A DNA stretch of 64,000 nucleotides, from contig CACZRZ010000036.1 of NCBI GenBank assembly GCA_902783655.1, forward strand, positions 164 through 64,163. Reading direction: 5' to 3'. Position 1 is the stretch's first letter, and the number at the start of each line of letters is the position of its first letter. Below the pieces are notes generated by a model. That model was not told the DNA's origin. It searched no databases and was given only the letters and a program-made list of their open reading frames with translations. A program made the translations under genes and the position numbers. This document shows positions 6,698-15,526 of the stretch, piece by piece. Origin of the DNA: an uncultured Bacteroidales bacterium. Its GTDB lineage: Bacteria; Bacteroidota; Bacteroidia; Bacteroidales; Bacteroidaceae.

Positions 6698-8566
6698 TCA
6701 CCACCTGCCGCCACCACCGTGGCCACCACCACCGCCAGGACCGCCACCGCCGCCGGAGTAGGTGCTGAGTGTTACGTCGCTGCCACCGCTGCAATTGCTG
6801 TATCCATAGCCGTTCCAGAAACCATTGCCGCTGCCCGTTACACCCGACTTCAAGGCCGAAGTACTGGTGGTGTATACAGCCATTGAGGTGCCCATGCTGC
6901 TGTTCGACGGCACCTTGAAGGCGAAGGCCAGCGTCGAACCATTGTACAGTCCGTACCAAGTGCCTTTGCTGTAGGTGCTGGCCTGCTTGGCAGTGCCGTT
7001 GGAGATGCTGGAGCCGTTCTCTAGGCCACCTATAGCGACGAGATTTCCACCGGTGACGTAAAGTTTTTTCTGCTGTTCCGAATTGGCATCGATGCCCACT
7101 TCCGGACTCCTGGCAGCCACAGCCACCACGTTGCCGCCCTTGATGTAGAAGTTGCCGTTGGCGTCCAGTCCGTCGTTGCCGCTGCTGTTGCCCATCACGT
7201 AGCCTCCGCTGATGGTGAAGTCGCCAGCCGAGTTCATGGCATCGTCGCTTGCCTCTGCATAGACGTAGCCTCCGGAGATGGTGATGGTGCTCTTCGACTC
7301 GATGCCCTCGTGCCTGCTGCTGCTTGCCACAACCGTGCCTCCGCTGATGGTCATTGCCCCTTTGCTCTTGATGGCCTTGGGCGAAGCGGTTGCACTGCTG
7401 CTGTATTTGTATTGGCTGCCTGTTGCCGTTGCGCTGACGTTGCCGTCGGAGATGGTCAGTGTGCCGTCTGCCTTGATGCCCTTGCCGCCCGTTCCCGTCG
7501 CCTTCAACGTCAGCGTGCCGCCGCTGATGGCAATGTTCTTGTCGGAGTTCAGGCAACTTGCACCCTTGGCATCCCGCTCGTCGCTGTCGTAGGTGCCATT
7601 GCCCGTGGTGGTGACATTGATTGCCCCGTCGCTGATGATGAGGTCGCCTTCGCTCTTGATGCCCTTGGTGGCAGCTGCTGTGGTGGTCACCGTCAGTGTG
7701 CCTCCCTCCAGATAGACATTGCCGCTGTCCTCATCGTCGTGGTCGGTGGTTTTGCCCGTAGATGTCGTGCCGCCCAGGTCGCACTGTATGCCATCGTCGC
7801 CCACACCGCTGATGCTCACCGTGCCGCTCTTCATCAGGAAGTACTCTTCGCAGCTGATGCCATCGCTGACGGCAGAGGTGATGTTCAGCGTCAGGTTCTT
7901 GACGGAGATGTACGAAGCCGACTTGATGGCATGTTTCAGCGTGCCTGCTACGTTCAGCGTGCCGCTGCCCTGCAGTTGCAGTTGGCCCTTGCTGTAGATG
8001 CATGCCTTCTGTGAGCCGCTTCCGTCGGTCAGCGTGTTTGTGGTCTCTTTCTTTGCGCTGAGTTGGATGCGCTTCGAGTTGGCGATGTCGATGGCTGCCC
8101 CGCTGGGGTTGGTCAGCGATACGCCAGCCAGCGAAACCGTACACTTGTAGGAGCCGGAGAGCACCAGCGAGCCGTCTGTGGTGGAACCGCTGAGCTGGTA
8201 GGTTATCTCATCGCCATCCACTGCATCCGTGTTCGACTGTGCAATGCTGACGTGCGCTCCGTTGACGGCCGTCTCCACGTACTTTGCCACATTGCCAGCC
8301 ACATAGACCGTTGCTGAAGAGTTTTCGTATTCTATTCTCACCAGGTTGTCGGTAACATTTGTTTCGTCCACCGTCATGCCGCTGATGTCGGCCAATGCAA
8401 ACGTCTTGCCCATGACGGTCAGCGTGGTGCCGTCGTTGTAGGTCATGTCCCCCGTTTGCGAAGCCGGGAACTGGTAGGTCACGCTGCCCACCTTGACGTT
8501 CAGCGTCTGTGCCTTGCCCATGACGGTCAGCACAAGGGCCATGAAATATAATAATGTGCGCTTCAT
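6698..8566 (-). CDS. secreted parallel beta-helix repeat protein (resembles the Cthe_2159-type carbohydrate-binding family) with a poly-glycine C-terminal tail
   Basis: It has a signal peptide (MKRTLLYFMALVLTVMGKAQ). Repeated GGTLT(V/L), ISGG and KGIK(S/A)(E/D)G rungs run through the protein. It ends in GGGGGPGGGGGHGGGGRW. Confidence 0.6.
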   Translation of the reverse strand: MKRTLLYFMALVLTVMGKAQTLNVKVGSVTYQFPASQTGDMTYNDGTTLTVMGKTFALADISGMTVDETNVTDNLVRIEYENSSATVYVAGNVAKYVETAVNGAHVSIAQSNTDAVDGDEITYQLSGSTTDGSLVLSGSYKCTVSLAGVSLTNPSGAAIDIANSKRIQLSAKKETTNTLTDGSGSQKACIYSKGQLQLQGSGTLNVAGTLKHAIKSASYISVKNLTLNITSAVSDGISCEEYFLMKSGTVSISGVGDDGIQCDLGGTTSTGKTTDHDDEDSGNVYLEGGTLTVTTTAAATKGIKSEGDLIISDGAINVTTTGNGTYDSDERDAKGASCLNSDKNIAISGGTLTLKATGTGGKGIKADGTLTISDGNVSATATGSQYKYSSSATASPKAIKSKGAMTISGGTVVASSSRHEGIESKSTITISGGYVYAEASDDAMNSAGDFTISGGYVMGNSSGNDGLDANGNFYIKGGNVVAVAARSPEVGIDANSEQQKKLYVTGGNLVAIGGLENGSSISNGTAKQASTYSKGTWYGLYNGSTLAFAFKVPSNSSMGTSMAVYTTSTSALKSGVTGSGNGFWNGYGYSNCSGGSDVTLSTYSGGGGGPGGGGGHGGGGRW

Positions 8567-8961
8567 TTTACTGCTATTTTGTAGGTTTTACTTTTCGTCT
8601 TGACAATATACACACCACGGGGCAGTTTGCCGTCTGCTGCGCTGCCGTTTACGATTCTCCGTCCGTTGAGGTCGTAGATTTCCGTACTTTCCGACAGCAG
8701 TTCGTCGGCCGCAGGATTGCAAACCCCATCGGCGGCGGTCGTTTCGTCGCTTGCAGAGAAATACATCCTTGCGAGGTTCGACAGGGTGAACGTCTGCGTG
8801 TCCGTCGTCAGGGTGGTTCCGTTGATGCTTATTTTGAGCGACTTCGCGGGAACGGAAACCTTTGCCCCGTCGGTCATTTCAAAGGTCAGGTAGTCGTAGT
8901 TGCCGGCCCAGACCGTCGTTGCTCCCACCAAAACCATCAGTAACATAACAAACTTTTTCAT
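8563..8961 (-). CDS. small secreted protein with a T9SS C-terminal sorting domain
   Basis: It has a signal peptide and a C-terminus typical of Por secretion tails (IYDLNGRRIVNG ... GKLPRGVYIVKTKSKTYKIAVK). Its stop overlaps the next gene's start as ATGA. Confidence 0.7.
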   Translation of the reverse strand: MKKFVMLLMVLVGATTVWAGNYDYLTFEMTDGAKVSVPAKSLKISINGTTLTTDTQTFTLSNLARMYFSASDETTAADGVCNPAADELLSESTEIYDLNGRRIVNGSAADGKLPRGVYIVKTKSKTYKIAVK

Positions 8962-8991
8962 AAGTATAGACGTTTGCGATTAAAATCTGTG

Positions 8992-8999
8992 CAAAGGTA
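8992..8999 (-). promoter_or_regulatory. candidate Bacteroidota -7 box (TACCTTTG)
   Basis: It matches TAnnTTTG on the minus strand, about 30 nt upstream of ATG 8961. Confidence 0.45.
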
Positions 9000-9295
9000 A
9001 GTGATTCCTGCAATTCCACCAAATTTATTCAACGAAACCCCCGATTTGTTCAGCGAATCCGATTGTAATCACGGATTGCACGGAAAAAAATTACCGCCAC
9101 GATGTAACGGATTACACAGATTAATCTTGACAATTATATCAGACATATCAGACCCCTAAATGGGGGTACAAATACTGAATAGGAATCCTTTTCTGTTAGT
9201 TGACTAATTTGTTGGGGGATAATACCTTTTTCTCCATTTACTGCTTCATTTCTTTCCGATTATTAGAGGTGTACACTTACAGTCTACATCATTGC

Positions 9296-9430
9296 TTAGA
9301 CAAATATGAAATAATATAATAGGCCGATTATAATAACCCAAGCCATGATTCTGCCTAACGTGAATTCAAAGTAGTCCTCCATGCTGTCGAACTCCCAAAT
9401 AAAACCCCAAACCTCTTTAAAGAATTTCAT
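9296..9430 (-). CDS. hypothetical small membrane protein (44 aa)
   Basis: The peptide is MKFFKEVWGFIWEF ... IMAWVIIIGLLYYFIFV, with one hydrophobic C-terminal helix. A TATATTTG box lies 33 nt upstream. No family was recognised. Confidence 0.3.
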   Translation of the reverse strand: MKFFKEVWGFIWEFDSMEDYFEFTLGRIMAWVIIIGLLYYFIFV

Positions 9431-9462
9431 GGTAAAAAAATAATTAATATTGTTTTCGTGTG

Positions 9463-9470
9463 CAAATATA
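9463..9470 (-). promoter_or_regulatory. candidate -7 box (TATATTTG)
   Basis: A TAnnTTTG match on the minus strand upstream of ATG 9430. Confidence 0.35.
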
Positions 9471-9843
9471 CGAAGAAAATTGGCAATAACATAGAATTTT
9501 GGCACAAAATAGGCATTGTCACTTTCACTAGTCATGGTCGAGGTCACCCAGTGCTTGAAGGCCTTGTCTTGCGACAGTGGGGATGAGAGGATGAGACTGT
9601 AACGTCCCGATTCGTTGATGACAACTGTTAGTCCCCGATCGATGGCGTCACGAATCGTTACCCCCTTTGTTTTTGGCTTGTATTTAGAACCAGTCCCCTG
9701 AATCAGGGTGGTGTTTTGTCCTCGGTATCGACGTGCGTGCCAATGGAATTATCGGGCTTTCTGTACACAATAGGGTCTGTCTTGCTACTTGTGAAAGTTG
9801 AGTAAAAAAACTTAAAGAATTTTGTGGAGTGTCGGAAAAGCAG

Positions 9844-9851
9844 TAACTTTG
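9844..9851 (+). promoter_or_regulatory. candidate -7 box (TAACTTTG) for the efflux operon
   Basis: A TAnnTTTG match about 45 nt upstream of ATG 9897. Confidence 0.45.
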
Positions 9852-9896
9852 CAGCTGAATTTGAAAAGACAGAAATAATAAGTAAAAGAATTGATA

Positions 9897-10937
9897 ATGA
9901 AAAGAATCCAATGGGGGATGATCCCTGTTATTTGTTCCCTGATCCTCGTCACCGGCTGTGGCACGAAACAGACTCAGGCGGAGGAGGAAACGCTGGCCGT
10001 CAGTGTGGAAAAGGTGGCTCCGAGTGGTAATGTTTCCGAAGTTCCCTATGTGGGTGTGGTGGAGGAGGAAAGCTCCACAAGCGTAAGTTTCACAGGCATG
10101 GCCATGCTGCAGACGATGACCGTCAGCGAGGGGCAGCCCGTGAAGAAGGGACAGTTGCTGGCCGTCATCGACGAGACGCAAGCACGCAATACACTCGCCA
10201 CGACGAAGGCTGCGCTGGACCAGGCCAAGGACGCCTACGATCGCATGAAACTGCTGCACGAAAGCCAGTCGCTGCCCGACATGAAGTGGGTGGAGGTGGA
10301 GAGCAAGGTCAACCAGGCACAGTCGGCCTACGACATGGCCAAGAAGAACCTCGAGGACTGCCGCATCTATGCCCCTGTCAGTGGTGTTGTCGGCACGAAG
10401 ATTATGGGTGTGGGCGAGACTGTTCTGCCCTCGGAACCCGTACTGACCATATTGTCGATAGACCGTGTGAAGGTGCGTGTCAGCATTCCTGAGCGCGAGA
10501 TTTCCGGCATCACGGTGGGCACAGCCACCACAATCCGTGTAGATGCCCTGGGCGACGAAACATTCCAGGGCGGAAGGATAGAGAAGGGCGTGAGTGCCGA
10601 CCCACTGACCCACACCTATGACATCCGTATCGTGGTGCCCAACCCAGGCCACAGGCTGTTGCCGGGAATGGTGGCACGGGTGCAAATTAAGAATGAAGAG
10701 TTAAGAATGAAGAATGGTGGCTCCCTGACACTGCCCGTGAAGGCTGTGCAGCAGTCAACGGACAAGTCGCTCTTCGTGTGGATAGTGCAGCAGGGCAGGG
10801 CCCATCGCACACCCGTCACCATCGGGCAGACCATCGGAAACCGCGTACTCATTGAGAGTGGACTCCAGGAGGGCGACCAGGTGATAGTGGAGGGATTCCA
10901 GAAAGTGGGAGAGGGAACGCCCGTAAGCTGTAATTAG
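9897..10937 (+). CDS. efflux RND transporter periplasmic adaptor (HlyD/MFP family) lipoprotein
   Basis: It has a lipobox (LILVTGC), a biotinyl-lipoyl-like segment, a coiled-coil hairpin and beta-barrel segments. It directly precedes the RND pump. ATG 9897 is preferred over the ORF-track TTG 9891. Confidence 0.9.
   Translation: MKRIQWGMIPVICSLILVTGCGTKQTQAEEETLAVSVEKVAPSGNVSEVPYVGVVEEESSTSVSFTGMAMLQTMTVSEGQPVKKGQLLAVIDETQARNTLATTKAALDQAKDAYDRMKLLHESQSLPDMKWVEVESKVNQAQSAYDMAKKNLEDCRIYAPVSGVVGTKIMGVGETVLPSEPVLTILSIDRVKVRVSIPEREISGITVGTATTIRVDALGDETFQGGRIEKGVSADPLTHTYDIRIVVPNPGHRLLPGMVARVQIKNEELRMKNGGSLTLPVKAVQQSTDKSLFVWIVQQGRAHRTPVTIGQTIGNRVLIESGLQEGDQVIVEGFQKVGEGTPVSCN
10686..10717 (+). repeat. 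TTAAGAA/TGAAGAA-type heptamers in frame inside the adaptor gene
   Basis: The units are ATTAAGA ATGAAGA GTTAAGA ATGAAGA ATGG, translated as IKNEELRMKNG. Confidence 0.6.
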
Positions 10938-10942
10938 CAATG

Positions 10943-11016
10943 CATAATTCATAATTCATAATTAGCCTTCGGCCCCAATTGTGAATTATGAATTGTGAAT
11001 TATGAATTATGAATTG
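10943..11016. repeat. long hairpin made of CATAATT / ATGAATT heptamers between the adaptor and pump genes
   Basis: The left arm is (CATAATT)x3 at 10943-10963. The loop is AGCCTTCGGCCCC and contains C-TTCG-G. The right arm at 10977-11016 is made of (A/G)TGAATT heptamers complementary to the left arm. Confidence 0.8.
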
Positions 11017-11023
11017 AAAAAGA

Positions 11024-14000
11024 ATGGATTGGAAGAAAAGTTGGGCAGCATGGCCCGTAAACAACTATAGGATAACGATAGTCATCACCGCGCTGTTGCT
11101 GGCCTTCGGGCTTTATGGGCTGCGCGTGATGCCGAAGGACGAATTCCCCCCGTTCACCGTTCGCCAGGGTGTGGTGATAGCCGTTATGCCAGGTGCCACG
11201 AGCGAGGAGATAGAGGCACAGGTGGCCCGCCCCCTGGAGCGCTATCTGTTCACCTTCAAGGAGGTGAAGCGTTCGCAGACCACCACCGCCAGCCAGAACG
11301 GGCTATGCTTTGTCACTCTGCAGTTGCAGGACCACATCAACAAAAGCACGGAGGTGTGGAACAAGGTGAAGCATGGCCTGAACACGTTCAAGAGCCAATT
11401 GCCAAGCGGCGTGGCGGCCATCATTGTCAACGAGGACTTTGGCAATGCCAGCGCCCTGCTCATCACCCTGGAGAGCCAGCAGCGCAGCTATCGCGAACTG
11501 CAGGGCTACAGCGATGAACTGGCCGACCGCCTCAGACGTGTGGCTTCGGTGAGCAACGTGCGCCAGTATGGTGAGGTGAAGGAACAACTGACGCTCTACG
11601 TCGATCGCGAACGGCTGGCAGCCTACGGCATTGGACAGGCCGCACTGATGCAGGCCATCAACGGCCAGGGGCTGACCACCATCGCCGGAAGCGTGACGGG
11701 CGGCGAGCAGAACATACAGCTGCATGTCAGTCCCACCGAGAACAGCGAAGAGGAACTGATGAACCAAATCATCTTCTCGGCCGATAATGAGGTGGTACGC
11801 GTGCGCGACATCGCAACCGTGAGGCGCGAGTACGACACCTCGGAGAAGTACATCGAGAACAATGGCAACCGCTGCGTCCTGCTCTCCCTGGAGATGAACG
11901 ACGGAAACAACATTGTGGATTACGGCGAACAGGTGGATGAGGTGATTGCACAGTTCAAACTGGAATACCTGCCCGGCGATGTTGAGATTCGCCGTATCAC
12001 CGACCTGCCCCAGGTGGTGGGCGACTCGGTCCACGACTTCCTGCGCGACCTCATTGAGTCGATGGTGGTCATCATACTGGTCATGATGGTGCTCTTCCCC
12101 CTGCGTTCGGCCATCGTGGCAGCCATCACCATCCCCTTGAGCACGTTCACCAGTGTGGGCATCATGTATGCCATGGGCATCCCACTGAACATCATTACCT
12201 TGGCCTGCCTCATTGTGGTGCTGGGAATGATTGTGGACAACTCGATAGTGGTCATCGACGGTTACCTGGAATATCTTGGCAAGGGCATGGGCCGAAGGGA
12301 ATCGGCAGTGAAGGCCGTGCAGCAGTACTTCGCCCCCATGATGCTGGCCACCGTCTGCATCTGTGCCATCTTCTTCCCCTTGGTGATGACCATGAAAGCC
12401 GAGGCGCACGACGTGATAAGCCTCTTCCCCATCACCATCACCATCAACCTGATGGTATCGCTCCTCGTGGCTGTGGGCGTCATACCCGTGCTGAATGCAG
12501 CCCTCATCAAGAAAGTAGATAACAGTGGACGGAAGTTGACCGACCGCGTGCAGGTGTTCTACGAGAAATGCCTGAAGTGGACCTTCAAGCACCCCTATGC
12601 GACCATCATTGGTGCCGTGGTGCTGGTCATTGCCACCAGTTTCATCTTCCCTCGCCTGAAGATGCGCCAGTTCCCCTATGCCGACCGCAACCAGTTTGCC
12701 GTAGAGGTGTATCTGCCCGAGGGCGAGGGGCTGGACCATACACGGGCCATTGCCGACTCGCTGCGCAACGTGCTCAGTCGCGACGAACGTGTCACCAGCG
12801 TCACCTCATTCATCGGATGCAGCAGCCCACGTTTCCAGGTAAGCTACGCCCCACAGATGGGCGGGCGCAACTTTGCCCAGCTTATTGTGAACACCCCCGA
12901 CATACAGACCACCTTCGACGTCCTCAACGAGTACGCTCCCAAGTGGAGCAACCACTGGCCCGAGGCCTATTGCCGATTCAAGCAAATGGACTTCCTGATG
13001 GTGCCCACGTATGAATATCGCTTCTATGGCGACAACATGGACAGCCTGAACGTGGCTGCCGAACGCATGATGGCAGAACTCCGACGCTTCCCCGAACTGG
13101 AGTGGGTACACACCGACTACGACCTGCCGCATCCCATCATGGAGGTCACTCTCGACCCCGTCACCTCGGCACAGCTCGGCATCAACCGCACCACAGCCCA
13201 GTTGCAACTGATGCTGCAGACGGGCCAGATGCAGGTGGGCAGCATGTGGGAAGGCAACTATGAGGTGCCCATCGTGATGAAGGACGAAGCCTGCAGCCAC
13301 ATGAATCTGGGCGACCTGGGCAACACCTACCTGACCACCTCCACTGGCCAGAGCGTGCCCCTGCGACAGGTGGCACAGGTGCGCCCCCACTGGACGGAGG
13401 GCAAGATTGTGCATCGCAACGGCGAGCGCTGCATCAGTGTCACCGCCGAGGGCAAGCGCGAGGTGCTGGCGGCTCCCGTTCAGGCTCGTGCCGCCCAGGT
13501 CCTGAAGAAGCTCAACCTGCCGAAGGGTGTGCGCAGCGAAATCGGCGGCGAGGTGGAGAAGAACAACGAGATGTTGCCCCAGATAGCCGGAGGCATAGGC
13601 ATAGCACTCGTCATCATCTTCTTCTTCATCCTGTTCAATTTCAAACGATTCGGCCTCACTGCCATCTGCATGATAGCCATCTCGCTCAGCATTCCTGGCG
13701 CCATGATAGGTCTGCTCATCGCCAACAAGACGCTGGGCCTGACCTCCCTCTTCGGATTCATCACCCTGATGGGCATCATCATGCGCAACGAAATTCTCAT
13801 CTTCGAACATGCCGATGACAGGATGGCACAGGGCTGGACGGCGAAGGACGCTGCCTTCGATGCCGGTCGCCGACGCATGGTGCCCATCTTCCTCACCACT
13901 GCCACTACGGCTGTCGGCGTCATACCCATGATACTGGCAGGCTCCTCGTTCTGGATGCCCGTCGGCATCACCATCTTCGCTGGAGGCATAGGCACCCTCA

Positions 14001-14101
14001 TCCTCGTCGTCACCGTCCTGCCTGTGGTCTATTGGAAACTCCACGGGAGCACTGAGCACGCAGCCAAGACCGAGCACACAGAGTATAAATCTGAAAATTG
14101 A
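11024..14101 (+). CDS. RND efflux permease (AcrB/AcrD/AcrF family)
   Basis: The 1025-aa protein has a 12-TM architecture with two large periplasmic loops and typical motifs (LVVLGMIVDNSIVVID, GFITLMGIIMRNEILI). Confidence 0.93.
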   Translation: MDWKKSWAAWPVNNYRITIVITALLLAFGLYGLRVMPKDEFPPFTVRQGVVIAVMPGATSEEIEAQVARPLERYLFTFKEVKRSQTTTASQNGLCFVTLQLQDHINKSTEVWNKVKHGLNTFKSQLPSGVAAIIVNEDFGNASALLITLESQQRSYRELQGYSDELADRLRRVASVSNVRQYGEVKEQLTLYVDRERLAAYGIGQAALMQAINGQGLTTIAGSVTGGEQNIQLHVSPTENSEEELMNQIIFSADNEVVRVRDIATVRREYDTSEKYIENNGNRCVLLSLEMNDGNNIVDYGEQVDEVIAQFKLEYLPGDVEIRRITDLPQVVGDSVHDFLRDLIESMVVIILVMMVLFPLRSAIVAAITIPLSTFTSVGIMYAMGIPLNIITLACLIVVLGMIVDNSIVVIDGYLEYLGKGMGRRESAVKAVQQYFAPMMLATVCICAIFFPLVMTMKAEAHDVISLFPITITINLMVSLLVAVGVIPVLNAALIKKVDNSGRKLTDRVQVFYEKCLKWTFKHPYATIIGAVVLVIATSFIFPRLKMRQFPYADRNQFAVEVYLPEGEGLDHTRAIADSLRNVLSRDERVTSVTSFIGCSSPRFQVSYAPQMGGRNFAQLIVNTPDIQTTFDVLNEYAPKWSNHWPEAYCRFKQMDFLMVPTYEYRFYGDNMDSLNVAAERMMAELRRFPELEWVHTDYDLPHPIMEVTLDPVTSAQLGINRTTAQLQLMLQTGQMQVGSMWEGNYEVPIVMKDEACSHMNLGDLGNTYLTTSTGQSVPLRQVAQVRPHWTEGKIVHRNGERCISVTAEGKREVLAAPVQARAAQVLKKLNLPKGVRSEIGGEVEKNNEMLPQIAGGIGIALVIIFFFILFNFKRFGLTAICMIAISLSIPGAMIGLLIANKTLGLTSLFGFITLMGIIMRNEILIFEHADDRMAQGWTAKDAAFDAGRRRMVPIFLTTATTAVGVIPMILAGSSFWMPVGITIFAGGIGTLILVVTVLPVVYWKLHGSTEHAAKTEHTEYKSEN

Positions 14102-14106
14102 ATGTC

Positions 14107-15456
14107 ATGAAGCGTATTATATTTCTAATTTTCGCATTTTCTCATCTTTTCATTCTCTCAACGTTCGCACAAAGCGTGCTGACACTTTCGCAATGTCTGG
14201 AACTGGCCCGGCAGCACAACCGCACCCTGCAGAATGCAGCATTGGAGATAGACATGGCCACCGAACAGAGGAAGGAAGCCTTCACGAAGTACTTCCCCGA
14301 CATACAGGCCAACGTCCTCGCCTTCCGCGCCTTCGAAGAAATGGTGAAGGGCGACGGAACCATACCCATGGAGATTACCATGATTAATCCCGACCTCGCA
14401 CCCATGGTCGGCGCCCCGTTCTCGTACAGCGAGTTCAACCGTGCCTACTCCGCCGCCCTCTCGCTCAGCCAGCCCCTCTATGCCGGTGGGCGCATCGTGG
14501 CGGGCAACCGGCTGGCCAAGATAGGACAGGAGGCCGTACAGCTGCAGCTGAAGATGAAGGAAAAGGATGTCATGCAGAAGGTGACTGAGTGCTATTGGCA
14601 AGTGGCCTCGGTGAAGTACAACCTCGAGACCATTGCTGCAGCCGAGAAACAACTCAGCGTGGTTCAGGACTTGGTCACGAACTACGTCAAGGCTGGTGTC
14701 ACCACCCGCAACGACCTGCTGAAGGTGCAACTGCGCCAGCAGGAACTGGCCTCGAACCGCCTGAAACTGGAGAATGCCGAACATGTCCTGCTCATCCTCC
14801 TGGCACAGCAGATAGGCATGACTGGGCAGCAGGTGGACATCGATGTAGCCTCGCTCGAGGCACAGGAGCCCTCGTCTGTGCTCGTGCCCACCAGTGATGC
14901 CGTAGCCCGTCGCGAAGAAATGCTCCTCATGGACAAGCAGGTGGAGGCTGGCCAGTGGCAAGTCCGCATGGAACGCGGCAAGCACCTCCCCTCGCTGGCC
15001 GTTGGCCTGATGGGTTACAATGCAGGCCTGGGCGGTCTTTCGGACAGGGCAAAGGAATACATGGACGCGAACATGACCAATGGCCTCGTCTTCGGCACCC
15101 TCTCCGTTCCCCTCATGTCGTGGTGGGGTGGGAGACATGCCATCCGTCGAACCCAGATGAAACTTCAGCAGGCAAAAAACGATGCCGACGATGTCCGCGA
15201 ACAACTGGCTGTGGACGTCGAGGCTGCCTGGAGCAACCTGACCGAGGCATACAAACAGATCGACATTGCACGTGCCAGCGTCAGTTCGGCCGAAGAAAAC
15301 CTGCGCATCAGCACCGAACAGTATCGTGCAGGCACAGAGATGCTCTCCGACCTCCTGGATGCTGAAACCCTCAACCGCCAGGCGCGCAGCCAACTCTCAG
15401 ATGCATTGGCCACCTATCAGGTGAAACTTGCCGACTACCTTCGCAAAACGAGATAG
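14107..15456 (+). CDS. TolC-family outer membrane efflux protein
   Basis: It has a signal peptide and two OEP repeats (LSQCLELARQHNRTLQ ...). The reading frame overlaps the pump's stop. ATG 14107 is preferred over TTG 14098. Confidence 0.88.
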   Translation: MKRIIFLIFAFSHLFILSTFAQSVLTLSQCLELARQHNRTLQNAALEIDMATEQRKEAFTKYFPDIQANVLAFRAFEEMVKGDGTIPMEITMINPDLAPMVGAPFSYSEFNRAYSAALSLSQPLYAGGRIVAGNRLAKIGQEAVQLQLKMKEKDVMQKVTECYWQVASVKYNLETIAAAEKQLSVVQDLVTNYVKAGVTTRNDLLKVQLRQQELASNRLKLENAEHVLLILLAQQIGMTGQQVDIDVASLEAQEPSSVLVPTSDAVARREEMLLMDKQVEAGQWQVRMERGKHLPSLAVGLMGYNAGLGGLSDRAKEYMDANMTNGLVFGTLSVPLMSWWGGRHAIRRTQMKLQQAKNDADDVREQLAVDVEAAWSNLTEAYKQIDIARASVSSAEENLRISTEQYRAGTEMLSDLLDAETLNRQARSQLSDALATYQVKLADYLRKTR

Positions 15457-15526
15457 TCCTATCTTCCCCTTGTAACAGAGGATTTGACAGTCCAATCTCC
15501 CCTTGTACCAGTTGGGGTTGGCTGTC

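Noticed and set aside
6657-7556. A 299-aa ORF (rich in H, R, Q) lies on the same strand as the beta-helix gene but in another frame.
   Set aside because: It is an alternative-frame shadow of a repetitive Gly/Thr/Ser-rich gene. The composition is implausible and it has no independent start context.
9120-9180. A small hairpin (ACCCC-TAAAT-GGGGGT) and the direct repeat ATATCAGAC x2 lie downstream of the small membrane ORF.
   Set aside because: No T-tract follows on either strand and the stem is short, so it could easily arise by chance in an AT-rich spacer.
9548-9740. An open frame on the minus strand lies upstream of the small membrane ORF (..KYKPKTKGVTIRDAIDRGLTVVINESGRYSLILSSPLSQDKAFKHW..). 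It might be a gene remnant.
   Set aside because: It has no start codon, and I could recognise no family. It may be a decayed fragment in the AT-rich 8962-9890 spacer, but this cannot be supported without a database search.
15456-15526. Two direct copies of ATCT(T)CCCCTTGTA(A/C)CAG lie between the convergent TolC and LRR genes. They were considered as further copies of the G/C-rich element or as a bidirectional terminator.
   Set aside because: The similarity to the element core is weak (CCCC ... GGGG with a long loop), and no T-run follows on either strand. They are mentioned only as a possible decayed copy.
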